Shown: one piece after another, positions 39,381 to 50,964 of the stretch
Layout of the letters: every line of letters starts with the position of its first letter
Position numbering within the stretch: position 1 is the stretch's first letter
NCBI GenBank assembly: GCA_963749265.1
Contig: CAVVML010000016.1
Span: forward strand, 73,000 to 136,999
Reading direction: 5' to 3'
Source: an uncultured Acidobacteriota bacterium
GTDB taxonomy: Bacteria; Acidobacteriota; Thermoanaerobaculia; UBA5066; Gp7-AA6
DNA: 64,000 bases
Translations under genes and position numbers: made by a program
The notes under the pieces: model-generated
What the model was told of the DNA's origin: nothing
Databases searched by the model: none
What the model saw: the letters and a program-made list of their open reading frames with translations, nothing else

Positions 39381-41734
39381 ATGGGCAGGGGCTGGCTGGG
39401 GGTTCTGGCCCTCGCGTCGCGTTCTCTCCGCGGCCTCCGCTCCCGGCGCCGCGCTTCCCGGGGCGATCGCCGGAACGGTCACGGACGACGCGGGCTCTCC
39501 GCTGCCGGGTGTGACGGTCGAAGCCGCGTCTCCGGCTCTGCCGTCCGCCCGCGTCGCGACGACGGACCTCGAGGGACGCTTTCGGCTCGACGATCTTCCC
39601 GCCGGGACGTATCGCGTCGCCTACCGGCTCCTCGGATTTCAGGGAGTCGTGCGCGAGGCCGTCGCCGTCTCCGCCGGCGCCGACGCGGCGGCCGACGCGA
39701 CGCTGCGCCTCTCCGTCACGGCCGACGTGCTGGTGACCGGACGGCGGACGTTCCGCAACGTCGCCGACGTCACCGAGCCGGGCGAGAGCCTCGTCGGGAT
39801 CGCCGACGCCTCGACGCAGGGCGCGGTGACCGCGGAACAGATCGAGATGCGGCCGATCGCTCGCGCCGGGCGACGTCCTCGAGACGGTGCCGGGCGTCGT
39901 CGTCAGCCAGCACTCGGGCGAGGGGAAGGCCAACCAGTACTACCTGCGCGGCTTCAACCTCGACCACGGGACCGATTTCGCGACGACCGTCGCGGGAGTC
40001 CAGGTGAATTTCCCGACGCACGCGCACGGCCACGGCTACACGGACCTGAACTTCGTCGTTCCGGAGCTCGTCTCCGGCATCCAGTACAAGAAGGGGCCCT
40101 ACTTCGTCGAGGACGGCGACTTCACGACGGCCGGCTCGGCCAACATCAACTACGTCAACGTCCTCGACGCGCCGATCGCGCGCGTCGACGGCGGCTCCTA
40201 CCAGTACCTGCGCGGCCTCTTCGCGGATTCGCCGAAGGTCGGCGAGGGCAACCTTCTCTTCGCCATCGAGGGCGTCTACAACAACGGACCCTGGCTTCGC
40301 GAGGACGCCTTTCGCAAGTACAACGGCGTCCTCCGATACAGCGTCGGCGACGCCCGCAACGGCTTCGCGGCCACGTTCATGGGCTACAGCGCGAACTGGA
40401 ACGCGACCGACCAGGTCCCGGCGCGCGCCGTCGACGACGGCTCGCTCGACCGGTTCGGAACCGATCGACCCGACCGACGGCGGGGAGTCCCAGCGCTTCA
40501 GCGGCTCGCTCGAGTGGCAGCGCTCGGACGCGGAGTCCGTCACGCGCGCGGTGGCGTACGGCCTCGGCTACACGCTGGACCTCTTCTCCAACTTCACCTA
40601 CTTCCTCGACGATCCGGTCCACGGCGACCAGTTCGAGCAGCTCGACGACCGCAACGCCTACGGCCTCGAAGGCCACGCACCGCTGGCTCGCGAACTGGTT
40701 CGGGTTCCAGGCCGACAACGAGGTCGGCGTCCAGGGCCGTTTCGACGACATCCACCGGATCGGGCTCTTCCACACGGCCGCGCGGCAGCGGATCTCGACG
40801 ACGCGGCTCGACCGGGTGAAGCAGTGGAACGCGGCGCTCTTCTTCCAGAACACCATGCAGTGGGCGCCCAGGTTCCGGACGGTCCTGGGCCTGCGCGGCG
40901 ACTACTACGACTTCGACGTCACCGGCATCTCGGATCCCGAAAACGGCGGCACGGCCTCGCGGGGCATCTTCTCGCCCAAGCTCTCGATGATCTTCGGGCC
41001 CTACGGCCAGACCGAGCTCTATGCGAACGCGGGTTACGGCTTCCACTCCAACGACGCCCGCGGCGCGACCATCACGCGCGACCCCGTCACCGGCGAGCCG
41101 GCGGAGCGCGTCACGCCGCTCGCGCGGGCGATCTCGGCGGAGGTCGGCGTGCGGAGCATGATCCTGCCGCGCTGGCAGTCGACCCTCGCCGTCTGGGGGC
41201 TCGGCATCGACTCGGAGCTCATCTTCATCGGCGACGCCGGATCGACCGAGGCGTCGCGCCCCAGCCGCCGCTACGGCGTCGAATGGTCCAACTACTTCCG
41301 CGTCCTGCCCGTGGATGACGGTCGACCTCGACTACTCGTACTCCGTGGCGCGGTTCCGCGACGAGGCGCCGGCGAAGGGAACTTCATCCCGGGCGCGGTC
41401 CAGAACGTCGTCGCCGCCGGCGTCTCCGTCGACAGCATCGGCGACTTCTTCGGCTCGATCCGCCTCCGCTACTTCGGTCCGCGTCCCCTGATCGAGGACA
41501 ACAGCGTCCGCTCGCGACGCCTCGACCACGGTCAACCTGATGCTCGGTTACGAGCTCGTCCGCGGTCTCCGCGCGCAGGCCGAGGTCTTCAACCTCTTCG
41601 ACGCGCAGGTCTCGGACATCGACTACTACTACGCGTCGCGGCTGCCGGGGGAGCCGGCCGGGGGAGTGGACGACATCCACTTCCACCCGACGCAGCCCCG
41701 GTCGGTCCGGTTCTCCGTCGTCTACGGTTTCTAG
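39381..41734 (+). CDS. TonB-dependent receptor with an N-terminal carboxypeptidase-regulatory-like domain (frame-interrupted)
   Basis: GAIAGTVTDDAGSPLPGVTVEA..GRFRLDDLPAGTYRVAY. Plug and barrel: GKANQYYLRGFNLDHGTDFA. Terminal strand ..SVRFSVVYGF. The pieces are in ORFs 38824..41742, 39887..40819 and 41540..41734. Confidence 0.8.
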
Positions 41735-43196
41735 AGGGCTGACTCTGGCCGCGCGCGCGGCGACGGCTTCGGCCGCCTTGTGGCCGGACCACAGCGCGCC
41801 CTGGATCCAGCCGGGATAGGGCGAGGCGTGCTCGCCGGCGAAGTGGATGCGGCCCTCGGGCTGGGCGATGAGCGCGGGCCAGCCGTTCGAGAGCTGGCCG
41901 GGCATGAAGATCGTGTAGGCGCCGCGCGCCCAGGGGTCCTCGTCCCAGCACTTGGCGATTCCGCCCTCGTAGCTCTGGGCGAGGCCGGGATGGACTTTTT
42001 CGAGCGTGTCGAGCGCGAACTGCACGCGGCCCGCCTCGTCCAGCTCGCAGATTTCGCGCGCCAGGTTCTCGTAGAGGTACGCCTGCAGGAGGCCGCGGAC
42101 GCCGGGCTGGTCCCAGCTCGGGGCCCAGATCTCCATCGGCCGATCGATCGAGGGCGAATCCGTTCTCGCCGCGCTCCTCCCAGAAGCGGTCGCGCGTCTG
42201 GAGCTCGATGCGGGTGACCGAGCCCGACGAGAGATCCTGGATGGCGTTCCGCTTGTAGGGAGGCAACGCCGGCTCGACCGGGATCGTCCGCAGCACCGTG
42301 AACGGGATCGCGCAGATCATGAGGTCGCCGCTTGACCGTCTCGCGGCTTCCGGCCGCCGTCTCGACGATGGCCTGCACGCCCCACTCGTCCTGCCGGATC
42401 GCGACGACCGGGCTGCCGTAGCGGATGACGCGCGCGAGGCCGGCGGCGAACGCCTTCGGCAGCCGGTCGTTGCCTCCCTTGATCTTCGAGAGCGTCTTCG
42501 TGTGGTGGTGCGTGGCGTCGCGGAGGCTGTCGAGGGCGCTCGTCCTCTCGAAGCCCAGGGAGACGTAGGACGCGGCGCTCGGCGAGGCGCCGCTCTGCAG
42601 CAGGAACTGCGCCGAAGCTCATGCGGTCGATCCCGGCGAGCGCCGGCGGCGGCCAGCCCGAAGCTTCGATGTCGCCGATCCGGGCAGCAGGTTCGCCACG
42701 TACGTCTGGTCCATGCCGGCGAAGCCGAGCTTGCGCTCCTCGGGCGTGAGGTCCAGCGTGCACCGCCTCATGTCGACGTCCTCGAGCTTCGCGTACGGGA
42801 AGCGCTTCCCGCCGACGTAGAGGACCTGCTTGCCGCGCTCGGCGGAGGGTAGAAGGGCTCGAGCTCGAGGCCGAAGAGCTTGACGTAGTGCAGCGTCAGG
42901 TTGTGCGTCTCGGGGATCCGGCCCGCGCCGGCCTCGGCGTAGAGGCCGTCGGAGAACGGCTCGCGCAGCGTCAGGACGCGGCCGCCCGGGCGGCGCTGGG
43001 CTTCGAGGATGACCACGTCGTGGCCGGCTTCCTGCGAGCAGCCGCGCGGCGCACAGGCCGGCGAGGCCCGCGCCGAGGACGACGATCCGCTGCGGAGGCC
43101 CGCGCCGCGCCAGCGGCTTCGGGTCGAGGGCGAGGGCCAGGCCGAGCCGCCGAAGGCCGAGAGGCGGAGGAAGTCCCGCCGGTCGAGCGCCGTCAT
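41731..43196 (-). CDS. Tat-signal flavin-containing amine oxidase family protein (frame-interrupted)
   Basis: MTALDRRDFLRLSAFGG (twin-arginine), GHDVVILEAQRRPGGRV, LYAEAGAGRIP (ORF 42768..43196). The C-terminal part is RIHFAGEHASPYPGWIQGALWSGHKAA (ORF 41384..42136). Confidence 0.75.
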
Positions 43197-43204
43197 CGCG
43201 CGCG

Positions 43205-43996
43205 TCAGAACCGCAGGGAGAGGCAGCTCAGCCCGCCGTCCATCTTCTGGAACTCCGACATGTCCAGCACGAGCGGACGATAGCCCAGGTCGGCGATCCG
43301 CCGCTCGAGACGCGGGAAACCCCTCGCGAAGAGCACGGCATCGTTCACGGCGACGCAGTTGGCGGCGTAGTCCTCCTCGGGATCGACGCGGGACGAGCTC
43401 CCAGCCCGGAAAGGCCGGGTCGCCCGCGCAGCGAGTCGATGACGACGAGGCGGCGGCCGGAGAGCCAGGCGATGCCGCTCTTCAGATGCAGGATGCCCGG
43501 GACGCCGCGGATGTCGACGAAGGAGGAGGAGACGCCGTCTTCCTGCGAGGAAGCGGGCGAGCTGACGCGCGCCCTCTTCGTTCGTCCGCTGCGAGATCCC
43601 GATGAACCAGTGGTCGCCGGCCTCGCAGATGTCGCCGCCGTCGAGCGTTCCCGGCGCGGCGATCGCGCGGGCGGCCGGGAAGAAAGGCGCGAGCGCCGCC
43701 GCGATGCTGTCGACTTCGCCGGCGCGGCTCGGCGCGCCCGGGACGCGTGAGGATGGCGCCGCGCGGGCGCGAGCACGGCGGCGTCCTCGACGAACGTGGA
43801 ATCGGGGTAGGCCGGGATCCGCCGGCAGCCGCGTCAGCGCCAGCCCGCAGCGCCTCGAGCGCCCGCAGTAGCGCCTCGTGCTGCGGCGAGCGCCCGGCCG
43901 ACGTCGGGCTCCCGAGGTCCACGGTCGTCAGGCCGTCCGCGAAGTTCTGCGGCGGGAGGCCGCACGATGGCGCGTGCGAAAGTACGACTCAGACAT
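43205..43996 (-). CDS. Dimethylarginine dimethylaminohydrolase / amidinotransferase-family protein (frame-interrupted)
   Basis: The ATG at 43996 overlaps the ychF stop. [41 protein letters not shown].., [21 protein letters not shown]-terminal ..[16 protein letters not shown] with a stop at 43205-43207. Confidence 0.7.
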
Positions 43997-45098
43997 TGAA
44001 CTTGAAGAGGATGACGTCGCCGTCCTGGACGACGTAATCCTTGCCTTCCTGGCGAACGAGGCCCTTCTCCTTGCGCGGCCGCCATGGAACCGGCGGCGAG
44101 CGAGGTCGTCGTAGAAAACGGTCTCGGCCTTGATGAATCCGCGCTCGAAGTCGGAGTGGATGACGCCGGCGGCCTGCGGCGCGGTGTCGCCGGCGTGGAT
44201 CGTCCAGGCGCGGGCCTCCTTCTCGCCGGCCGTCAGGTAGGTGCGCAGGCCGAGCAGGTGATACGCGGCGCGGATGAGGGTCGATACGCCCGAGTCCGAC
44301 ACGCCGTGGTGGGCGAGGTACTCCTTCGCCTCGGCCTCCGGGAGCTCGGCGAGCTCGGACTCGATGGCCGCGGAGACGACGACGGCCTCGGTGCCCACGT
44401 GCGTCTCGGCGTACTGTCGGACGGCGGCCACATGGGGCGAGGACGCCTCGGCGGTCGCGAGCTCGTCCTCGGACACGTTGCAGACGAAGAGCATGGGCTT
44501 GCTCGTCAGGAGGAAGAACCTCCGCGCGAGGGCGGCCTCCTCGGCGCGAAAGCTCCAGCGAGAGGGCGCGCTTGCCGGCGTCGAGGTGCGGCAGGAGCTT
44601 GTCGGCCACCGCGAGCGACTCCTTCGCTTCCTTGTCGCCGCCCCGCGCGAGCTTTTCGAGCTTGTCGCGGGCGCGCGTCATGGTCTCGAGGTCCGCGAGC
44701 ACGAGCTCGGTCTTGATCGTCTCGATGTCGGCGATCGGGTCGAGATGGCCGGCGACGTGGACGACGTCCTTGTCCTCGAAGCAGCGCACGACCTCGACGA
44801 TCGCGTCGACCTCGCGGATGTGCTGCAGGAACTTGTTGCCGAGGCCCTCGCCCTGCGAAGCGCCCCGGACGAGGCCGGCGATGTCCACGAACTCGATCGT
44901 GGCGGGAATGATGCGCTCGGACTTCGAGATCTTCGCGAGCGGCTCGAGGCGCGCGTCGGGCACGACCACGACGCCGACGTTGGGCTCGATCGTGCAGAAG
45001 GGGTAGTTCGCCGCCTCGGCCTTTCGGGTCCGCGTGAGGGCGTTGAAGAGGGTGGACTTGCCGACGTTGGGCAGCCCGACGATTCCGGCGCGCAGCAT
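43989..45098 (-). CDS. ychF: Redox-regulated ribosome-binding ATPase YchF (frame-interrupted)
   Basis: [93 protein letters not shown], ..[18 protein letters not shown]. Confidence 0.9.
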   Translation of the reverse strand: MLRAGIVGLPNVGKSTLFNALTRTRKAEAANYPFCTIEPNVGVVVVPDARLEPLAKISKSERIIPATIEFVDIAGLVRGASQGEGLGNKFLQHIREVDAIVEVVRCFEDKDVVHVAGHLDPIADIETIKTELVLADLETMTRARDKLEKLARGGDKEAKESLAVADKLLPHLDAGKRALSLELSRRGGRPRAEVLPPDEQAHALRLQRVRGRARDRRGVLAPCGRRPTVRRDARGHRGRRRLRGHRVRARRAPGGRGEGVPRPPRRVGLGRIDPHPRRVSPARPAHLPDGRREGGPRLDDPRRRHRAAGRRRHPLRLRARIHQGRDRFLRRPRSPPVPWRPRKEKGLVRQEGKDYVVQDGDVILFKFNV

Positions 45099-45121
45099 GG
45101 AGCGGGGGATTATAGGGGCAG

Positions 45122-45227
45122 GTTGAGAGTTGAGCGTCGCAGCGTTCGAGCGTGGAACGCGGCACTTTCGCGAGACCGGCGAAAGAGCCGTCTTTACGCT
45201 CAACACTCAACTGCTCAACGCTCAACC
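45122..45227. repeat. Heptamer-armed palindromic element, copy C (left arm degenerate)
   Basis: Left arm gttgaga gttgagc gtcgcag.. (from 45122). Right arm ctcaaca ctcaact gctcaac gctcaac (45199-45226). It lies in the divergent gap between ychF and the permease gene. Confidence 0.6.
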
Positions 45228-45307
45228 TCCTTACAATCGCCGCACTCTGACTTCCGCCCCACCGTCCTCCCCCGGCTTTCCTGCGCGCCGTCTCCCGCTG
45301 GGAGATC

Positions 45308-46609
45308 GTGGCGCTCTCGGTCAACGACGTCATCGGCAGCGGCGTGTACCTGATCCTCCCCGTCGCGGCGGCGGCGCTGCTCGGCGCCGCGAGCGTCTGG
45401 GCGATCCTCGCCGCGGGCTTCGCCGTGCTCCTCCTCGTTCTCTGCTTCGCCGAGGCGGGGAGCCTCTTCGACAAGCCCGGCGGCGCGCTACGTCTACACG
45501 CGCGCGGCGTTCGGCGAGTTCGTCGGCTTCGAGGTCGGCTGGATGACCTGGATCGCGCGCATCGCGTCGATCGCGAGCCTGTCGGTCTTCTTCTCGCGGG
45601 CCGTCGGATACCTCTGGGACGGGGCCAACCACGGCGTCGGGCCAGGCGGCTGACGATCGTCCTGCGAGCTCGCCGTCCTGACCTGGATCAACGTCCGCGG
45701 CGTCAAGTCCGGAGCGCGCACGGCCGTCGTTCTCGCGTTCGGCAAGATCATCCCGCTCGTCCTCCTCGTCTCCGTCGGCGTCTTCGCGATCGACTGGAGC
45801 CGCGTCTTTCCCGTGCCGGCGCCCGACTCCGGCAACTTCACGAAGGCCGCGCTCCTCGTGCTCTTCGCGTACGCGGGCTTCGAGAACACGTCGGCGGCCG
45901 CGGGGGAGTACAAGAATCCCGCAGCGCGACGTGCCGTTCGCCCTGATCGTCCAGATCGTCGATCGTGACGGCGATCTACACGCTCGTGCAGCTCACGGCG
46001 ATCGGGACGCTGCCGGATCTCGGCGTCTCGAAGACGCCGCTCGCGGACGCCGGGCGGCTGCTCCTCGGGCCCGTCGGGCGGGCTGCTCCTGACGGTCGGC
46101 GCGGCGCTCTCGGTGCTCGGGACGAACAACAACACGGTGCTCGCGGGGCCGCGCTACCTCTACGCCCTCGCCGAGAGCGGCCGGCTGCCGCGCGTCCTTC
46201 GCGAAGATCCATCCGCGGTTACCGCACGCCGCTACGTCGCGATCCTGACGCAGTCCGGCATCGCCCTCGGGCTGATCGCCGTCGACTTCGATCGCTCCAC
46301 ACGGATCCGGCCCGGAGCGCTCGGCGTCGCCGAGAAGCTCGCCGTGCTCTCGGCCATCGCGCGGCTCGCGACCTACATCGGGACGTGCCTCGCCGTGCCG
46401 GTCCTGCGCCGCAAGATGCCCGCGACGCCGCGCACGATCCGCCTGCCCGGCGGGTCCGGTCATTCCGATCCTGGCGCTGGTCATCTGCCTGGTCTTTCTC
46501 TCGGCCGCCGAGAAGAAGAACTTCATCGCCGGCGCGATCGCTCTCGCCGTCGGCGCGCTCGTGTATCGTCGCGCGGGGACGCGCGGCGAGAAGCGGCGGA
46601 GGCCGCTGA
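45308..46609 (+). CDS. APC-family amino acid permease (frame-interrupted; both ends uncertain)
   Basis: WEIVALSVNDVIGSGVYLILP, LCFAEAGSLF, FAYAGFENTSAAAGEYKNP, VLGTNNNTVLAGPRYLYALAE, multiple TM segments. The pieces are in ORFs 45308..45946, 45130..45546, 46113..46901 and 46561..47937. Confidence 0.7.
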
Positions 46610-46640
46610 GGGAGATTCTGCCGGATCGCCTGTCGCCGGA

Positions 46641-47937
46641 TTGGCTCTTCATCGTCGCCGGCCGTCTCGCCGCCCAGGCCCCGGCGCCCGTCGCCGACGC
46701 CCGCCCGTCACCGCGATCCGGGCGGCCCGGATCTTCGACGGCAAGTCGGACACGACCGTCCGCGAACGCAGTCGTCGTCGTCCAGGGATCGAAGATCCTG
46801 GCCGGCGGGCTCGGGCGTCGCCGTTCCGGCCGGCGCGACGGTCATCGACCTCGGCGACGCGACGCTTCTGCCCGGCTTCATCGACAGCCACACGCACCTG
46901 ACGGGCGAGGCGGGCGACAGCTACATTCGCGACTTCTTCGACGGCCTGCGGCGGCCGGCGACCGAGCAGGTCTTCTACGGCGCGGTCTACGCCCGACGCA
47001 CGCTCGAAGCGGGCTTCACGACGGTCCGCGACGTCGGCTCCGAGAAAGACCTCGACGTCGGCCTGCGCAACGCGATCGACGCGGGCCTGACGCCGGGGCC
47101 GCGAATGCTCGTCGCCCGCTACGCCCTCGGCGCGACGGGAGGCCACTGCGACAACACCGGGATTTCCTCCGGGGACGTTCGGGCCGGAGCCCGGCCTCGA
47201 GCGCGGCGATGCTCCACGGCGCCGACGAGGGCCGCCAGGCCGTGCGCCTGGACATCAAGTACGGCGCCGACGTGATCAAGATGTGCGCCTCGGGCGGCGT
47301 GCTGTCGCTCGGCGACGACGTGTCGGCGCCGCAGCTCACCGACGCGGAGCTGACCGCGATCGTCGACGAGGCCCATCGGCTGAAGCGCAAGACCGCGGCG
47401 CACTCCCACGGCGACCTCGCCGCGCGCTCGGCGGTCAAGGCGGGCATCGACTCGATCGAGCACGGCTCGTTTCTGACCGACGAGACGCTCGCCCTCATGA
47501 AGTCGAAAGGGACGTTCCTCGTCCCGACCTGCATGGCGGGGCAGTGGACGGGCGGCAAGCTCGAGCGCTTCCCGCCCGCGGTCGCCGCCAAGGCGAAGGC
47601 CGCCCTCGACGCGCACGACGACATGATGCGACGCGCGATCAAGAGCGGCGTGAAGATCGCCTTCGGCACCGACTCGGGCGTCGGACCGCACGGCTCGAAC
47701 GCCGGCGAGTTCGCCCTGCTCGTCGCGCGCGGCATGACGCCCGCCCAGGCGCTGCGGACCGCGGGCCCGTCGGCCGCGGAGCTGCTCGGCCTCGCCGCCG
47801 AGATCGGCACGCTCGAGAAGGGCAAGCAGGCCGACATCGTCGCGGTGCCCGGCGATCCGCTCGCGGACATCCGCGTCACCGAGCGCGTTGTCTTCGTCAT
47901 GAAGGGCGGAGAGATCTTCAAGTCGCCGGCGAAGTAA
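46641..47937 (+). CDS. Amidohydrolase family metal-dependent hydrolase (imidazolonepropionase/prolidase-like), frame-interrupted; start approximate
   Basis: RIFDGKSDTTV..VVVVQGSKILAGG, LLPGFIDSHTHL, GFTTVRDVG, then a coherent C-terminal part in ORF 46561..47937 (AAHSHGD..SIEHGSF..FGTDSG..ADIVAVPGDPLADI). Confidence 0.7.
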
Positions 47938-47999
47938 CGCCGGGAACCCGGGGCCGTCTCCGTTCCGGCCTGGTGGGTTAGAGTCGCCGTCAGCTCGCG

Positions 48000-49388
48000 A
48001 TGACGGACAGAAAACAGGCCTCCCGCGGCGCGGCCCGCGACCCGGCCGCGAAGTCGGCCGGCGGGGACCGCAGACGCCTCCCGCGGCACACCAAGATCCT
48101 CTTCGGTCTCCTCTTCGGGATCGTCGCTGGGACTGCTCGCCAACTCCATCGGCGGCGACGCGCCGTGGGTCGACTGGAGCGTCCGGAACATCGCCTACCC
48201 GCTCGGGCAGCTCTTCCTCCGCCTCATCTTCATGATCGTCGTGCCCCTCGTCTTCTCCTCGCTGGTCCTCGGCGTGCTCGAGCTCGGCGACATCCACCGG
48301 CTGGGCCGCGTGGGCCTGAAGACGCTCGTCTACACGCTCTTCGCGAGCGGGATCTCGGTGGCGGTGGGCATCTTCCTCGTCAACTTCTTCAAGCCGGGCG
48401 TCGGGATCGATCCTTCCGTCCGCGCCAACCTCGAGGGCACCTTCGCATCGCAGTCGCAGAAGGCCATCGAGAACGCGAGCCAGGCCAAGCCCTGGACGGA
48501 CACGCTCCTCTCGCTGATCCCGCGCAACCCGCTCGCCGCGGCGGTCGACGCGCTCCAGGGCGAGATGCTGGCCCTCATGGTCTTCGCGGTCTTCTTCGGC
48601 GTGGCGCTCGCGCAGGTGAGGCGCGAACGCGAGGCCATCATCGAAGTCTTCGACGGAATCCAGCGCGTCTCGATGAAGATCGTGGACTGGGCGATGGGCC
48701 TCGCGCCGTACGGCGTCGGCGCCCTGATGTACTCGCTGACGGCCAAGTCGGGATTCGCCGTCATCCCGCGGCTGGGAGGCTACGTCGCGGTCGTCGTGGC
48801 CGGCCTCGCGTTCCAGCAGTTCGTGGTCTATTCGGCGATCCTGAAGTGGCTGGCCCGCGTGCCGCCCATCGAGTGGGCGTTCCGGATCCGCGAGGTCGCG
48901 CTGACCGCCTTCTCGACGGCCTCCTCGAACGCCACGCTGCCGACCTCGCTCCAGACGGCGGAGAAGAAGCTGGGCATCGCTCCGCGGATCGGGAACTTCG
49001 TGCTCACGGTCGGCGCGACCGGCAACCAGAACGGCACGGCCCTCTTCGAGGGCGTGACGATCCTCTTCCTGGCGCAGGTGTTCGGCGTGCAGCCTCACGC
49101 TCGGCCAGCAGGTGACGGTGGTCATCATGTCGATCCTCGCGGGCGTCGGGCACGGCCGGCGTGCCGGGCGGCTCGATCCCGCTGATCGTCATCGTGCTGC
49201 AGACCGTGGGCGTTCCGGCGGAGGGCATCGGAATCATCCTCGGCGTCGACCGGTTCCTCGACATGTGCCGGACGACGCTGAACGTCACGGGGGATCTCGT
49301 CTGCGCCACGGTCGTCGCCCGTTCGGAGGGCGAGCTGCGATTCGACTCTCCGCAAATGGAAGCCGAGGCCGCGGCGCAGGACGCGTGA
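48000..49388 (+). CDS. Dicarboxylate/amino acid:cation symporter (DAACS, GltP-like), frame-interrupted
   Basis: ORF 48232..49185 holds most of the protein (..FSTASSNATLPTSL.., GATGNQNGTALFEG). ORF 49161..49388 has VPGGSIPLIVIVL..LGVDRFLDMCRTTLNVTGD. Confidence 0.8.
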
Positions 49389-50295
49389 GGCTCGCCGTCG
49401 CCACAGCCGCCGCCCTCGCCTCGCGGCCGTCGCGAGCCTGGCCGGCGCGGCCTCGACCTCGACCCCGAAAGTCACCCTCGACGTTTCCCCGGCGCAGCCG
49501 AAGCAGGGAGAGATCGTCGTCGTGACGCTGCGAAGCCCCGCGCCGCTTTCCTCCGCGACGCTTTCGGACGGCACGCGTGAGTTCGCGATGGAGGCCGTCG
49601 GAGACGGGCGGACCTGTCGCGCGCTCCTGGGCATCGACTTCGAGAGCAAGGTCGGGAAGCGGACGATCGAAGTCTCGGCCGTCGGGAAAGACGGAGGCGC
49701 CGTGCGCGCCGCGAGAACGCTCCAGGTGCGTTCGGGAAAGTTCCCGACCCAGAAGCTGAAGGTCGCCCCGGCCTACGTGGAGCCGCCCGAAGAGGAGCTC
49801 GCTCGCATCGCGGAGGACCGGGAGAAGGTCAAGCGGGTGTATGCCGCCGCGGACACGCGCACGCCGCTTCGACGCGGCCTTTCGAACGACCGGTGGAGTC
49901 GCGCTCGCATGGCAGCTTCGGCGTCCGTCGCGTCTTCAACGACCAGCCGCGCTCCCCGCACGACGGCGTGGACCTCGCGGCGCCCGAAGGGGAGCCGGTG
50001 GTCGCGGCGGCGCCCGCGGTCGTCGCCCTCGCGGAGAATCTCTACTTCTCCGGCAACACCGTCATTCTCGACCACGGTCGCGGGCTCTTCACCTTCTACT
50101 TCCATCTCTCGGCGATCGACGTCCGCCCGGGCGAAGAGGTCGCCGCGAGAGCAGCGGATCGGCGCGGTCGGCGCCACCGGCCGCGCGACGGGACCTCATC
50201 TTCACTGGGGCGCTCGCCTCCATGGCGCGCGCGTCAACCCACTCGATCTCCTCGAGTTACCGGCCTGGCCCGCCGAGCCGCCGCCCGCTCGCTGA
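49385..50295 (+). CDS. M23 family (LytM-type) metallopeptidase with signal peptide (frame-interrupted)
   Basis: The GTG at 49385 overlaps the upstream stop (GTGA). HDGVDLAAPEGEPVVAAAPAVV, GNTVILDHGRGLFTFYFHLS, GATGRATGPHLHWG (ORFs 49522..50295 and 49893..50306). Confidence 0.75.
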
Positions 50296-50360
50296 ATCCT
50301 GTCTGACCAGTCGGTCAGGTATACGTCGCCTTTCCTTCACAAAACAAAGGGATTAGAGTC

Positions 50361-50964
50361 TTGCGAATCGTGGCCTCTCGGAAGAAATCTCGCGCCCCCG
50401 AGCCCACGCGGGCATTGATCCGTTTCGAACTGAACGGCGAGCCGGCCGAAGCCGCATTCGCGCCGCACAAGACGCTTCTCGAGGTCCTGCGCGAGGACCT
50501 CGGACTGACCGGAACCAAGCACGGCTGCGAGCTCGGCGAGTGCGGCACCTGCGCCGTGCTCGTCGACGGCAAGCCGGTGCTCTCGTGCCTCGTGCTCGGG
50601 CTCGAGTGCGAGGGCCGCCGCGTCGAGACGGTCGAGGGGATGGCCGGGCCGGGCGGCCTCCATCCGCTGCAGAAGGCCTTCGCCGACCTCGGCGCGGCGC
50701 AGTGCGGCTACTGCACGCCGGGATTCCTGCTGACGGCGAAGGCGCTGCTCGAGGAGAACCCGAAACCGACGCTGCCGCAGATCCGCGAAGCGCTCGCCGG
50801 GAACCTCTGCCGCTGCACCGGCTACATCAAGATCTTCGAAGCCGTCGAGCTCGCCGCCGCCTGGATGCGCGGCGAAGACGCCGCGCCGCGCAAGGAGATC
50901 CTGTACGGGTATCGACTTCGACGAGAGTCCGGGCTGTCTGCCCGGTGCGTCCGAAGATCGCTGA
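50361..50964 (+). CDS. Molybdenum hydroxylase small subunit, (2Fe-2S)-binding (CoxS/HcrC-like); 3' end reconstructed
   Basis: GTKHGCELGECGTCAVLVDGKPVLSC and QCGYCTPGFLL..GNLCRCTGY are the two 2Fe-2S motifs. The ORF-track frame reads on into the large subunit with no start codon. An alternative frame stops at 50962-50964. Confidence 0.75.

Noticed and set aside
50303-50318. Inverted repeat CTGACC-AGTC-GGTCAG between the M23 peptidase and the molybdoenzyme operon, as a possible operator
   Set aside because: It is a single short 6-4-6 palindrome with no regulator gene adjacent and no second copy seen in the window. It could equally be a weak hairpin after the M23 gene. The evidence is too thin to call.
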